Numbered from the stretch's first letter, positions 9,781 to 19,727 are shown. The stretch is 64,000 nucleotides of DNA from Fibrobacteria bacterium (GCA_043732185.1 JAYTHY010000136.1:32001-96000), one strand, 5' to 3'. A program made the numbers and translations. The notes: generated by a model from the letters alone, not told the origin.

Positions 9781-10620
9781 TCAACGGGTATTGGGAATGA
9801 TTTGAAATACCAAGGTGCAGACTTTATCCGTTTTTTTATCCTTGGCGACAACTTCTTGAATTTCATCATCGAGCGCCGCCACTTTTTCACGGATGATTTT
9901 TAGGCTTTCATTGGATACGGTCAACACTTGGGTATTGTAGGCTTTGAATTTTCGAAATCCATCCTCGACAATACTGGAACTGAGATCATGAATTTGGCGG
10001 TTATAGCCTAAGGCAACTTCCCCCTGGAAGGCATCACCGGAAATCAGCAAATTGTTGGTGAGTGCGTACCCGGTATCTGACTTTCGAATCATTTGGAGAT
10101 CGACGAGCAGATCAATGGCTTCCTGCACCTGGTCGGCGGAAATGGGAGGGTAGATTTCCTTGGCGATATCTGCAGGGCGAACTTTTTTTTGATCCAGCCC
10201 TAGGTAGTTGAAAACGACAGCGTAATACCATTTGGCGTAGTACTTGTGCTGATTCTCCCGCACGATCCAGGCTTTGGAATTCCTAAATTTTGAAAGCTTG
10301 CCGAACAAAAAATTCCTTTCCAGGTCTGACCTGGCCTGGTTATGCTGAACCAGAACATCAAAATACTGGTTTTCCTTTTCGCCCAGGGAGAGAGCGGCCG
10401 CACAGCGAACCCGCAACTTGGGACCCAAATCCCGCTTGCCTTGCATCACGGAATAGAGCAGCGCCGTCGACCCAAAATATTTCAGGGAAAACGCCCGCTT
10501 GGAAAACTTGCTATTGCCTTTCTGTTTCCATTTCATAAAATCGGTCAAAAAGAGCCTGTATTCCAAATACTGGAACAGGCTAGGCTTGATCGAGTTGTTA
10601 TGTGAAATAAGAGTGTTCAA
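9781..10620 (-). CDS. TIGR02147-family protein (N-terminal HTH plus DUF4423-like domain)
   Basis: LFQYLEYRLFL...FSKRAF...YYAKWYYAVV...C-terminal FQIIP. TTG at 10620 chosen; the frame extends to 10674. Confidence 0.85.
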   Translation of the reverse strand: MNTLISHNNSIKPSLFQYLEYRLFLTDFMKWKQKGNSKFSKRAFSLKYFGSTALLYSVMQGKRDLGPKLRVRCAAALSLGEKENQYFDVLVQHNQARSDLERNFLFGKLSKFRNSKAWIVRENQHKYYAKWYYAVVFNYLGLDQKKVRPADIAKEIYPPISADQVQEAIDLLVDLQMIRKSDTGYALTNNLLISGDAFQGEVALGYNRQIHDLSSSIVEDGFRKFKAYNTQVLTVSNESLKIIREKVAALDDEIQEVVAKDKKTDKVCTLVFQIIPNTR

Positions 10621-10736
10621 ATGGTCCGTCCGGTAACCGGAATTTTGCCTAGGCAGCAAAAATTCCAACTCCAACCTAAGGAATCGGAACTAAACCTACA
10701 TATTGGACCAAGAAAGCGAAAGGCCTTGCGCTTGGC

Positions 10737-11744
10737 TTACTCCACCGTCCACGTGCTGCCGGAGTTGAATAGTTTGTCCAAGCTAGGAGGATTTTTGGCG
10801 GCTGCCGTATCGATCTGAGCGCGCATGGCATCCGCATAGGAAGGCCTATCGACATTACGGAACACGCCCACCGGAACGGGGTACTCGGGATGGGACAATC
10901 GGGAGAGGTGAAAACCCAATGCACCGGTAGATTCCTTTTCATCATGCACCAGGATCTCAGAATCTAAGGGGTTCACCTTGGTCTTGATGGCCATCTTGTC
11001 CAGAACCAGAGCTTTTTCCAATTCTTTGCCATAGCGCATGGGCTGACCATGCTTTAAATAGAGTAGGGTATCTGGGCGGGTTGGGCGGCCATAGTACGGC
11101 TCGTGAATTTTATCCGCAAAGATAATGCAGTTCTGGAGCACTTCAACCAATGCCGTTCCTTTATAAGCCGCAGCTGCAGCAAATACTTCACCCATATGTT
11201 TCACGTCATTGTCGGAGGTCCGGGCCACAAATCCGGCTTCAGCTCCAATGGCCATGCTGATAGGTGACAACGGCAAGTCTACGGAGCCCATGGGTGTGGA
11301 GGGGCTCACCGTCCCAACGCCGGAGGTGGGGGAATACTGGCCTTTGGTTAATCCATAGATTTTATTGTTGAACAGGATAATCTTGAGATCCATGTTTCGA
11401 CGCAGGGCGTGGATAAAATGGTTGCCGCCAATGCTGAGCGCGTCGCCGTCTCCGGTAATGACCCAAACTTGGAGATTGGGGTTGCTGAGCTTGACTCCAG
11501 TTGAAATGGCGGGTGCCCGACCATGGATGGTATGAAATCCATAGGTGTTCATATAGTACGGGAAGCGACTGGAACAGCCGATGCCGGATACGAACACAAA
11601 ATTTTCCTTGGGAAGGCCCAAAGTTGGCAGAATGCCTTGCATGGTGGACAAAATGGAATAATCTCCGCAGCCCGGACACCATCGAATGGCGGAAGGTGAC
11701 GCAAAGTCTTTACGCGAGAGCGGTTCGGCCGTAGTCGTTGTCAT
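10737..11744 (-). CDS. korB: 2-oxoacid:ferredoxin oxidoreductase beta subunit
   Basis: WCPGCGD, SGIGCSSRFP, TPP-binding GDGD...NN. Confidence 0.93.
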   Translation of the reverse strand: MTTTTAEPLSRKDFASPSAIRWCPGCGDYSILSTMQGILPTLGLPKENFVFVSGIGCSSRFPYYMNTYGFHTIHGRAPAISTGVKLSNPNLQVWVITGDGDALSIGGNHFIHALRRNMDLKIILFNNKIYGLTKGQYSPTSGVGTVSPSTPMGSVDLPLSPISMAIGAEAGFVARTSDNDVKHMGEVFAAAAAYKGTALVEVLQNCIIFADKIHEPYYGRPTRPDTLLYLKHGQPMRYGKELEKALVLDKMAIKTKVNPLDSEILVHDEKESTGALGFHLSRLSHPEYPVPVGVFRNVDRPSYADAMRAQIDTAAAKNPPSLDKLFNSGSTWTVE

Positions 11745-13633
11745 TTCTGAGTCTCCAAAATGCGATGAAATTCTGCGGTGAGATAGGAAATTTTAAAGGG
11801 CTTGCCACGAACCTGGCTAATGCTTTGAATAGGCACGCCAAAGGTACCTCCCAACAACATTTTCAATTGACCCATATTCAATTCGGGTACAATGATCCGT
11901 TCGGCATTTCTGAGGATTTCGCCCAGGTTACGTGGGAATGGATTCATGTGCTGAAGATGGACGTGTCCGAGTTCCATGCCGCCTTTATTGCATTCATCGA
12001 CTGCCGTCGAGACAGAGCCATAGGTTCCACCCCAGCTGACAACGATAGTCTTAGCATTTTTGTGGCCTGCTATTTCAATCAGAGGAATGTCATTGGCGAT
12101 ATTGGCAATTTTGGCGTGTCGCTCATTGGTCATGGCCTGATGATTTTCCGGATCATAGGAGATTGTTCCTGTATTGTGGGCTTTTTCCAAACCACCGATG
12201 CGATGCTCTAACCCTTGAGTTCCCGGTATGGCCCACTTTCTGGCCTGAGTAATGGGATCCCGCTCATAAGGCATAAAGGCTTCTCCAGCCTGAGCGAGCT
12301 TCACTTCCATTTTAGGCAGTTTATCCGGGTCTGGAATAATCCACGGTTCCGATCCATTTGCGATGAACCCATCCGTCAATAGAATGACGGGAGTCATATA
12401 TTTCATGGCGATACGGGCAGCCTCATAGGCCATTTCAAAACAGTCACCGGGTGAACGGGCCGCTAATACCGGGAGTGGGCTGTCGCCACTGCGGCCGAAC
12501 ATAACCATCAGTAAATCACTTTGTTCCGTTTTTGTCGGCAATCCTGTGGATGGGCCACCGCGTTGCACGTCGATGATGACTAATGGCAGTTCCGTCATGA
12601 CGCCGAGACCCATGGCTTCCAGCTTAAGGCAGACACCCGGTCCGGAGGTAGACGTGACACCCAAGTTACCGGCATATGCCGAACCGATGGCAGAGCAAAT
12701 GGCCGCAATTTCATCTTCCGCTTGGAAGGTAATGACTCCGTAATTCTTGTATTTGGATAATCCGTGAAGGATATCGGATGCGGGTGTGATTGGATAGCTG
12801 CCGCAGAAAATATTGCGCCCGGATTTTTGTGATGCCGCGAGCAGACCGAATACAGTAGCCTCGTTGCCGGAGATCTTACGGTACTTGCCTTTGGGCAGCG
12901 CCGCTTTTTTGACTCGGTAATGCGAAGTGAAAAGCTCTACCGTGTCTGAAAAATAGAATCCGGACATCAGCGCCTTTTTATTGGCTTCGGCAATTTGTGG
13001 CTTATCCTTATACTTGGTTTTGGGACCATACTTTTCATCCAACCACTTCAAGGTATGATTGAGCGGACGGTCGTACAGCCAATACATCATGCCTAAGGTG
13101 AAGAAGTTTTTGCACAGCTCTGCGGATTTGCCTTTAAGACCTGTTTCGGCTACGGCGTTGATGGTAAGCTCCGTGATATTGGCACGAATGACGCGGTAAC
13201 CGGCAAGTGACCCATCCTCCAAGGGATTGGTTTTGAACTCGGCCTTTTCAATATCTTTTTCCGTGAAACCGGCTTCGTCCACTAGGAGTATGCCGCCTTC
13301 TTCCAGATCCGCGATGTTGGCTTTGAGCGCGGCTGCATTCATGGCTACCAAAACATTCAGGTCATCCCCGGGTGTTTTGATTTCTTCCGATGAAAAATGG
13401 ATTTGAAAAGCACTGACGCCGGCTACGGTACCGGCAGGCGCTCGAATTTCCGCGGGAAAATCCGGCATGGTGGCCAGATCGTTTCCAAAAAGGGCAGAGG
13501 CATCGGTAAATTGGGTGCCCGTGATTTGCATGCCATCACCGGAATCTCCAGCGAATCGGATAGTAACCGAATCCACATCGATATGGGCTTTTTCATTGGG
13601 ATTGATCGGGATGTTATGTACTTCTGTTGACAT
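11741..13633 (-). CDS. korA: 2-oxoacid:ferredoxin oxidoreductase alpha subunit (gamma-alpha fusion)
   Basis: FAGDSGDG, AEIRAP, YPITP, QAEDEIAA, QRGGPSTGLPT. Confidence 0.93.
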   Translation of the reverse strand: MSTEVHNIPINPNEKAHIDVDSVTIRFAGDSGDGMQITGTQFTDASALFGNDLATMPDFPAEIRAPAGTVAGVSAFQIHFSSEEIKTPGDDLNVLVAMNAAALKANIADLEEGGILLVDEAGFTEKDIEKAEFKTNPLEDGSLAGYRVIRANITELTINAVAETGLKGKSAELCKNFFTLGMMYWLYDRPLNHTLKWLDEKYGPKTKYKDKPQIAEANKKALMSGFYFSDTVELFTSHYRVKKAALPKGKYRKISGNEATVFGLLAASQKSGRNIFCGSYPITPASDILHGLSKYKNYGVITFQAEDEIAAICSAIGSAYAGNLGVTSTSGPGVCLKLEAMGLGVMTELPLVIIDVQRGGPSTGLPTKTEQSDLLMVMFGRSGDSPLPVLAARSPGDCFEMAYEAARIAMKYMTPVILLTDGFIANGSEPWIIPDPDKLPKMEVKLAQAGEAFMPYERDPITQARKWAIPGTQGLEHRIGGLEKAHNTGTISYDPENHQAMTNERHAKIANIANDIPLIEIAGHKNAKTIVVSWGGTYGSVSTAVDECNKGGMELGHVHLQHMNPFPRNLGEILRNAERIIVPELNMGQLKMLLGGTFGVPIQSISQVRGKPFKISYLTAEFHRILETQK

Positions 13634-13683
13634 AGGAAAAGTCCGCTCCAGGTACAGTGAAATGTGTCATAGGTTTCGCGCTA

Positions 13684-13692
13684 ATTATAGCA
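13684..13692 (-). promoter_or_regulatory. Candidate extended -10 promoter for korAB
   Basis: TGCTATAAT on the minus strand about 50 bp upstream of korA, next to the near-palindrome ATTATCCGGATTAT (13692-13705). Confidence 0.5.
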
Positions 13693-13803
13693 TTATCCGG
13701 ATTATTTTTCTTTCCAATTATGGAGGTTCTACAAACGTCGCAAACCTTTCTATTCCGCGTTCATGCGATAAGTCGAAATGATTTTGCACCATCGGACAAG
13801 GTG

Positions 13804-14949
13804 TCAATACTTAATGGCTGCAACTTCCTTTTTAAGACTGCCGGGAAGCCAGTATAGGGTACTGTGGAACGTATCTGAATGCCATAATGCCATTTGACTG
13901 GCCAATAATTTTTGTTCCTTTTGTCTAGCGTAGATTTTGGCCAAGTTACCGACTGAACTCATGTAGCCCGTTGGCAAGTATGTTTGAGATGCCTGGGACG
14001 TGCGGATCGCTGCATATTCTTGTTGTAAAGCTTCTTGTAGGACTCGGGCGGAGGCTAAATCACCCTTGCGGAAGAGGAAGTCGGCCTTAATTTGTCGGTA
14101 AAGCCGATTTTTGGGGTATCGGGTAAGAAAAGCATCAATTAAATTCAGGCCGGAGTCCCAGCGCCCTGTGTCATAGAAAAGCCAGAGCAACGTGGTTTGC
14201 AAGAACACCTTGAGATAGCGAGAACGCTGCGCTGCGTTTTGCAGTCGAAGAACCGGTCCGGCTTGGTCTGAATGGACAAATGGTAACCAATCGACCTTTT
14301 TGAGTACGGTTGCCATATAATAATCATACAAAGCCAGGTAGGCGCTCGCTTCCGCCTTATTGGCCAGAGGTTTGAGCGCACTAACCGCTTTCCTCCCTAA
14401 ACGTGTAGCCTGTAATGTCTGATGGGTAACACTCGCCACATAGCTGAGCTGCATAGTGGTAAGTCCCAAGTAGAAATCCAAACTCGTATGGGAATCAGGA
14501 GTAGAATGGCTGGATTGGGATAAGGAATCCCAAAGCCGCTCCGCCTTAAATAGGGAAGCCGTATCGCCAAGGTCATTAAAACGGTTTGCCAATACCAGAC
14601 CTCGGAAATAGGGTCGGGCAGGAATTTCCGGCAGGGTGGAAAGCAGAGAGTCCGCGGCCGTATAATCCATTTGATAAAGGCGATCCAGCGCTGTTAGGAT
14701 TAAACTGTCATAGGCTGGTTCGTAAAGGCATGCGTCACTTCCAGGCGTCACAGTGAAGGGGATTGAAGGTAGAGTGTTATTTAAGGTCGAGGGTGTTGTC
14801 GTCGCTGTCGCTGTCGTTGACCTTGAGCCTTGAACCGGAGCCCCGTACAGTGCTAGTGAGCAGATAAAAATCCAAACTGAAATCAATGCAAGATTGCGGT
14901 GGAAATGGTTAAGGTCGGGGTGACATACTTTTCTTAATTTAAAGGCCAT
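13804..14949 (-). CDS. Exported helical-repeat (TPR-like) hypothetical protein
   Basis: Hydrophobic leader, Thr-rich linker, helical repeats (FLTRYPKNRLYRQIKA). Start uncertain; the ORF-track extension to 15168 overlaps aroD. Confidence 0.65.
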   Translation of the reverse strand: MAFKLRKVCHPDLNHFHRNLALISVWIFICSLALYGAPVQGSRSTTATATTTPSTLNNTLPSIPFTVTPGSDACLYEPAYDSLILTALDRLYQMDYTAADSLLSTLPEIPARPYFRGLVLANRFNDLGDTASLFKAERLWDSLSQSSHSTPDSHTSLDFYLGLTTMQLSYVASVTHQTLQATRLGRKAVSALKPLANKAEASAYLALYDYYMATVLKKVDWLPFVHSDQAGPVLRLQNAAQRSRYLKVFLQTTLLWLFYDTGRWDSGLNLIDAFLTRYPKNRLYRQIKADFLFRKGDLASARVLQEALQQEYAAIRTSQASQTYLPTGYMSSVGNLAKIYARQKEQKLLASQMALWHSDTFHSTLYWLPGSLKKEVAAIKY

Positions 14950-14950
14950 T

Positions 14951-15772
14951 GTGGGTGAAAGTACAAAAAACCGTTTCGGAGCCAGAATCATCGGGATTGT
15001 AACGTCCGCTAACCGAAAGGATCCAGAAGCTTGGAGCGCCCTAGCAAAATGCGCTATGGTTGAATTCCGCGCCGACAGCTGGGAAGCCTCCCAGATTCCG
15101 ACAGAATTACGGTCTTTCCGGGACGAATACAAACAACGGTTTGGTTCCGACCCTGAGACGATTTTCACTATTCGCTTAGCACGGGATGGTGGCGCGTGGC
15201 TCGATTCCGAGGCAGCTCAACGGGACAAAATTTGGATAGCCCTGGAAGGGGATGAAGCAGGATGCCAGAGTGAGTGGATTGATGTGGAATTGGAACATAT
15301 CGCTTCGCTTTCCCCAGCGTTGGTTTCCTTGATCGCGGACAAAAAATTCAAGGTACTTGTGTCCCACCACAATTTTGAGGGCAGCTACAGTAAAGAGGCG
15401 CTTGCACGTTTGGGTCGGGACATGCTGGCTGTTCGGGCCGATGGTATAAAACTGGCCACCACGTGTCGAACCCGAGCAGAGGTACTGAATCTCATGCATT
15501 TCGCGCGAGAAGCCGCCATAAGTCGAAAGCCCGCCGCAGTTCTAAGCATGGGTACCGTAGGCCAGGCTATGCGAATATTGAGTCCGCTACTGGGTTGCCC
15601 ATGGACCTATGGTTATCTTTCAGGAGGTGCGGTGGCCCCGGGCCAATTTTCCGTCAGTCAAATGCACAATATTTTTACCAGGATGGACGTGCCAATGCAG
15701 CCAGACCTATCGGATTCGGAAATGTTTGATTGGGTGGAAGGCCGCCTAAATGAGGCGCTCCTTGCGAATTAG
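14951..15772 (+). CDS. aroD: Type I 3-dehydroquinate dehydratase
   Basis: VEFRAD, IFTIR..DGG, IDVEL, SHHNF, IKLA, SMG, APGQ. Confidence 0.9.
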   Translation: MGESTKNRFGARIIGIVTSANRKDPEAWSALAKCAMVEFRADSWEASQIPTELRSFRDEYKQRFGSDPETIFTIRLARDGGAWLDSEAAQRDKIWIALEGDEAGCQSEWIDVELEHIASLSPALVSLIADKKFKVLVSHHNFEGSYSKEALARLGRDMLAVRADGIKLATTCRTRAEVLNLMHFAREAAISRKPAAVLSMGTVGQAMRILSPLLGCPWTYGYLSGGAVAPGQFSVSQMHNIFTRMDVPMQPDLSDSEMFDWVEGRLNEALLAN

Positions 15773-18700
15773 CTTGGCTCGAAAATGGACGCTCAAAAGC
15801 CTCTTGTTCTCGGCGATCCTCTGTGGATGGTCTCTGGGATGGGGACAAGAATTCGGCCAAAACAAAGTGCAGTTCCAGCAATTTGTTTGGTCTTATTACC
15901 GAACGGAACATTTCGATATCTACTTTCCGCAAGGTGCGGAGCTGATCGCGAATTTTGCAGGAGGCCATGTTGAGGAGATGTATAAAAGTGTTTCCGCAAC
16001 AGTCGGCCATCGACTCACGGGACGCGTTCCTATTATCCTACACAATTCGCATGTGGAGTTTGAACAGACCAATGTCATCCGCCTCCCTTTGCATGAAGGC
16101 ATCGGTGGCTTTACGGAAATTTTCAAGAACCGGATTGTGCTTCCGTTTGAAGGCAGCTATACGGAATTTTACCATGTCTTAAAGCATGAAATGACCCATG
16201 CTGTCATGTTCGATATGATGTTTGGTGAAAGCGCCGCTTCCAAGGTTTCCAATCAAGGTGGCCAATTTCCGTTATGGGTGAGCGAAGGCTTGGCTGAGTA
16301 CGCTTCCTTAGGTTGGGATCTGTCTTCAGAATTTTTCATGGTGGATGCGACCACTTTTGGTTATGTCGAACCGCCCACTTCCGACTTCGGTGGGTTTTTA
16401 GCCTACAAAGGAGGCCAACTGTTTTTCCATTGGATGGAAAAAACCTACGGCAAGCCTGCGGTCACAAAATTAATCCAAAGTATGACAGACTCGCATGACC
16501 TTCCTCAAGCATTTAAAAAAGTAACCAAGACATCATTGGAAGAGGCGGGGGAAATCTGGCTGCGTGAATTGCGATACCTTTATTGGCCGGAACTCGGTCA
16601 GCGTAAATACGGTAAAAGTATAGCCAGACGATTAACGGAACACGGCAAAGACTTATCCTTTTTCAATTTGCAGCCATCCATATCGCCCAATGGCGAGGAG
16701 ATTGCCTTTTTCAGCGATAGAGAATCTTGGGAAGCGATATTCATTCTCAATATCAAAAGCGAAAAAGTCACCCGCTCAGTCATTCAAGGAGGAAAGGAAG
16801 GGAAGCATGAAAGCTTTCACTCTTTTAAATCGGGAATCACCTGGAGCCCGGACAGCAAGCAACTTGCTATTGTCAGCAAAAGTCAAGGGAAAGACGTCAT
16901 CAATATCATCGATGCGCGCAAAGGCACCGTCAAGCGAACCATCACTCCTGAAGTGCAGGCTATACTATCGCCAAATTGGTCGCGCGATGGCCGACGAATC
17001 GCCTTCAGTGGCATGCAAGATGGCCTCACCGACATTTATGTCTGGGATTTAGAAACCAGCACGTTATTGCGATTGACACATGATTTGGCCCATGATGATA
17101 AACCGGTATTTTCTCCTTCTGGACGCTGGATAGCGTTTGAAACGGACCGGCCGGATGCTGCGATCCGACCGCTTTCTCCCCATCCTCTAGACGACTACAA
17201 TCAGTTGCTTCCATTTAAGGATATCTATAAGATTCGTAGTGAAGGGGACAGCCTGGTCAAAGTGGCCGGCGGCAATTGGGATGAAAAGGAGCCCTCCTAC
17301 GGTCCGTCCGACACCACCCTGATGTTCATTTCCAATCGGTCCGGCATCGACAACATTTATATGAGCAAGGATTCGGTCGGTATGTCTTTGGTCAGACCCG
17401 TAACCAACCTGCTTTCCGGATGTTTCACGCCATCGTGGTCGAGAAGCGGTGGACTGCTGGCTTTTTCCCTTTTTGAAGAAGGAGGTTGGGATATTTTTCT
17501 GATGAAGGATCCGGTGAGTAAAGTTATTTCTGGTGAGCTTCCCAAAACCCGTTTTATCAAAACCCAAGAAGACAGCGCCTTAAGTTTCTTTCGCCCATTA
17601 AATTGGGCGAACCTCTCCAGCTACAATGCCGACAGTGTCCGCACGGATTCGCTTGGAAGACTAGACTCCTTAAAAAAAGTTGCCAGCAAAGATTCAACCC
17701 GTAAAGACAGTCTCTCTAGGGATACAACGGCCAAAACTGTCCCATCCGATACGAATAAAAACACGGTGGTTGCCGAGAAGGCCCCTTCCGGCGACAGTGT
17801 GGAATCAGCAGGGAGCAAGAAAAAAGGGAAGAAGAAAAAGGATTCCGTTTTTCTGACTGACAGCTCCGCGTATCTGGCCGGTGATGGAGGGTTTTTAAAA
17901 CGAAAATACAAGCCTGTATGGAGTCTGGACAATGCTAACGCGGCCCTAGGAGTTGACAACCAGTATGGATATGGAGGCCTAGCATATATAACCTTGAGCG
18001 ATTTAATGGGCGATCAGGAGTTGTCCTTTGCCCTCAGCATCAATGGTAGCTGGGAGAATACGAATGGTTCAGTTGCTTACAGCTATTTGCCCATGAAAAC
18101 GGATTTGACAATTAGTGCCTACCACCAAGCCCAACTTTCGAATGGATTGCTGCAGGATTCCGGCTCGATATCTCCGCCAGACAGTGTGTTTCTGGACAGA
18201 CAATTTGGTTTCGGAGCAATGGCGCGTTACCCTTTTTCGGTATATACGCGGCTTGAGTTTGAAGCCAGAACTTTGTTTTCTTCCCGAAGTCTGCAGTCTA
18301 ATCAGGGTGGCAAATTTGTCACTGATAATAGCTATGATCCCATTACCATCAACGCGGTTTTTCCAACTTTGAAATGGGTGCATGACAATACCATCTGGGG
18401 AATTGTCGGTCCTGTGAATGGGGAACGAGTTTACGGTGCTATCCAGGCCGTACCGCCGGTATTTCAAGATCATATTTCCTTTTATACGCTTGATGCTGAT
18501 GCCCGTAAATACTGGGAGTTTTTTAAAAAGTATACTTTAGCTGTCCGAGTCTCCGCAGGCGCTTCTGAAGCCATCGGCAATTATGAAAATCCGCACCAAT
18601 TCTGGGTAGGCGGTGAAGATTTCACTTTTAATGCGCATGCAAATTCGGCGAATCTCCCGAAAAAGCTGGAAGAGTTTTACTTCTCACAATTCGATTTTCC

Positions 18701-19028
18701 ATTGCGGGGATTCGACTATTATGAATTTAAAGGCACACGGAAATTCGTCAGCAATGTTGAATTCAGATATCCCTTTATCCGCGAGTTTTCTGTGGTCTGG
18801 CCAATACCATTAGTCTTACGGTATGTAATGGGTAATGTATTCATGGATTACGGCGGCGCATGGTCGTCGGGCGATCCATTTGATGTCATGGGAATGGGGC
18901 TTGGATATGGCATGCGTATGAATCTCGGAATATTCGTACTGAAGTACACGCGGTCCTGGGCCATCAAAGGCATCGGCTCGCATGAAAATCCACAACGGGA
19001 TTATTGGTCCCTGGGCGCAGAGTTTTAA
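15750..19028 (+). CDS. Outer-membrane protein: zinc-peptidase-like domain, PD40/TolB propeller and Omp85 beta-barrel
   Basis: Signal peptide; HEMTH plus WVSEGLAEY; repeated PxWSPDG-type motifs; LRGFDY loop; C-terminal Phe. Confidence 0.85.
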   Translation: MRRSLRISLARKWTLKSLLFSAILCGWSLGWGQEFGQNKVQFQQFVWSYYRTEHFDIYFPQGAELIANFAGGHVEEMYKSVSATVGHRLTGRVPIILHNSHVEFEQTNVIRLPLHEGIGGFTEIFKNRIVLPFEGSYTEFYHVLKHEMTHAVMFDMMFGESAASKVSNQGGQFPLWVSEGLAEYASLGWDLSSEFFMVDATTFGYVEPPTSDFGGFLAYKGGQLFFHWMEKTYGKPAVTKLIQSMTDSHDLPQAFKKVTKTSLEEAGEIWLRELRYLYWPELGQRKYGKSIARRLTEHGKDLSFFNLQPSISPNGEEIAFFSDRESWEAIFILNIKSEKVTRSVIQGGKEGKHESFHSFKSGITWSPDSKQLAIVSKSQGKDVINIIDARKGTVKRTITPEVQAILSPNWSRDGRRIAFSGMQDGLTDIYVWDLETSTLLRLTHDLAHDDKPVFSPSGRWIAFETDRPDAAIRPLSPHPLDDYNQLLPFKDIYKIRSEGDSLVKVAGGNWDEKEPSYGPSDTTLMFISNRSGIDNIYMSKDSVGMSLVRPVTNLLSGCFTPSWSRSGGLLAFSLFEEGGWDIFLMKDPVSKVISGELPKTRFIKTQEDSALSFFRPLNWANLSSYNADSVRTDSLGRLDSLKKVASKDSTRKDSLSRDTTAKTVPSDTNKNTVVAEKAPSGDSVESAGSKKKGKKKKDSVFLTDSSAYLAGDGGFLKRKYKPVWSLDNANAALGVDNQYGYGGLAYITLSDLMGDQELSFALSINGSWENTNGSVAYSYLPMKTDLTISAYHQAQLSNGLLQDSGSISPPDSVFLDRQFGFGAMARYPFSVYTRLEFEARTLFSSRSLQSNQGGKFVTDNSYDPITINAVFPTLKWVHDNTIWGIVGPVNGERVYGAIQAVPPVFQDHISFYTLDADARKYWEFFKKYTLAVRVSAGASEAIGNYENPHQFWVGGEDFTFNAHANSANLPKKLEEFYFSQFDFPLRGFDYYEFKGTRKFVSNVEFRYPFIREFSVVWPIPLVLRYVMGNVFMDYGGAWSSGDPFDVMGMGLGYGMRMNLGIFVLKYTRSWAIKGIGSHENPQRDYWSLGAEF

Positions 19029-19061
19029 AGTGGGACCCGGCGGGTCTAAGGACATGAAAAT

Positions 19062-19526
19062 ATGAAACTATCGGAATCCTTTTCGGAAAAGTGCATCATC
19101 ATTGATTCCCCGCAAAACCATAAACGCGAACTTATTTCGGATATGGTGGATTTGTTATGTCAATCGTATCAGATTGAAAACCGTGACGGCGTGCTGAAAG
19201 CTGTGCTGGGTAGGGAAGCGAAAATGTCAACTGGCATTGGTTGTGGTCTGGCGGTTCCCCATGGCAAAGTGGACTTCTTGGATAAGATGTGCGTCGTTGC
19301 CTGTTCCGTAAAACGCGGGATTAATTTTGAAGCCATTGACAAGGAAAACGTGTATTTACTTTTTCTGATTGTTTCGCCGGCAAATACAACGGGCCCACAT
19401 ATTCGAGCGCTCTCGGCAATATCTAGAATCATGTCCGATGCCGATATTCGTCGCAGTCTCATCGCCTCAGAAAGCCCGTTGGAGTTCTACAACAATTTGA
19501 AAATCGGCGAGGCGAAGTACGCCTAA
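19062..19526 (+). CDS. PTS IIA (Ntr/fructose-type) protein
   Basis: REAKMSTGIGCGLAVPHG phospho-His motif. Confidence 0.9.
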   Translation: MKLSESFSEKCIIIDSPQNHKRELISDMVDLLCQSYQIENRDGVLKAVLGREAKMSTGIGCGLAVPHGKVDFLDKMCVVACSVKRGINFEAIDKENVYLLFLIVSPANTTGPHIRALSAISRIMSDADIRRSLIASESPLEFYNNLKIGEAKYA

Positions 19527-19727
19527 ATTAAGCGCGTTCGTCCGCACTTCACAATCTTTTTACCGTTTTTTTCTCAAAACTCTCCAACAGGACCTAAACT
19601 AGAATACCCCAAAATAATCGGCCAAATTCATTGATTTGGAACGGATTAACCTGTCTCATAGCCATCCCTGGCATGAGACGATTAGGTTGGGAGTCCAGGG
19701 TACTATGGTGTTAAAAATGGTTATATT

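Noticed and set aside
14791..14820. Short GTCGCT/GTC repeats
   Set aside because: They encode a Thr/Ala linker after a signal peptide; ordinary low complexity.
14950..15168. 5' extension of the 454-aa minus-strand ORF
   Set aside because: Overlaps the motif-bearing N-terminus of aroD; the signal-like segment begins further downstream.
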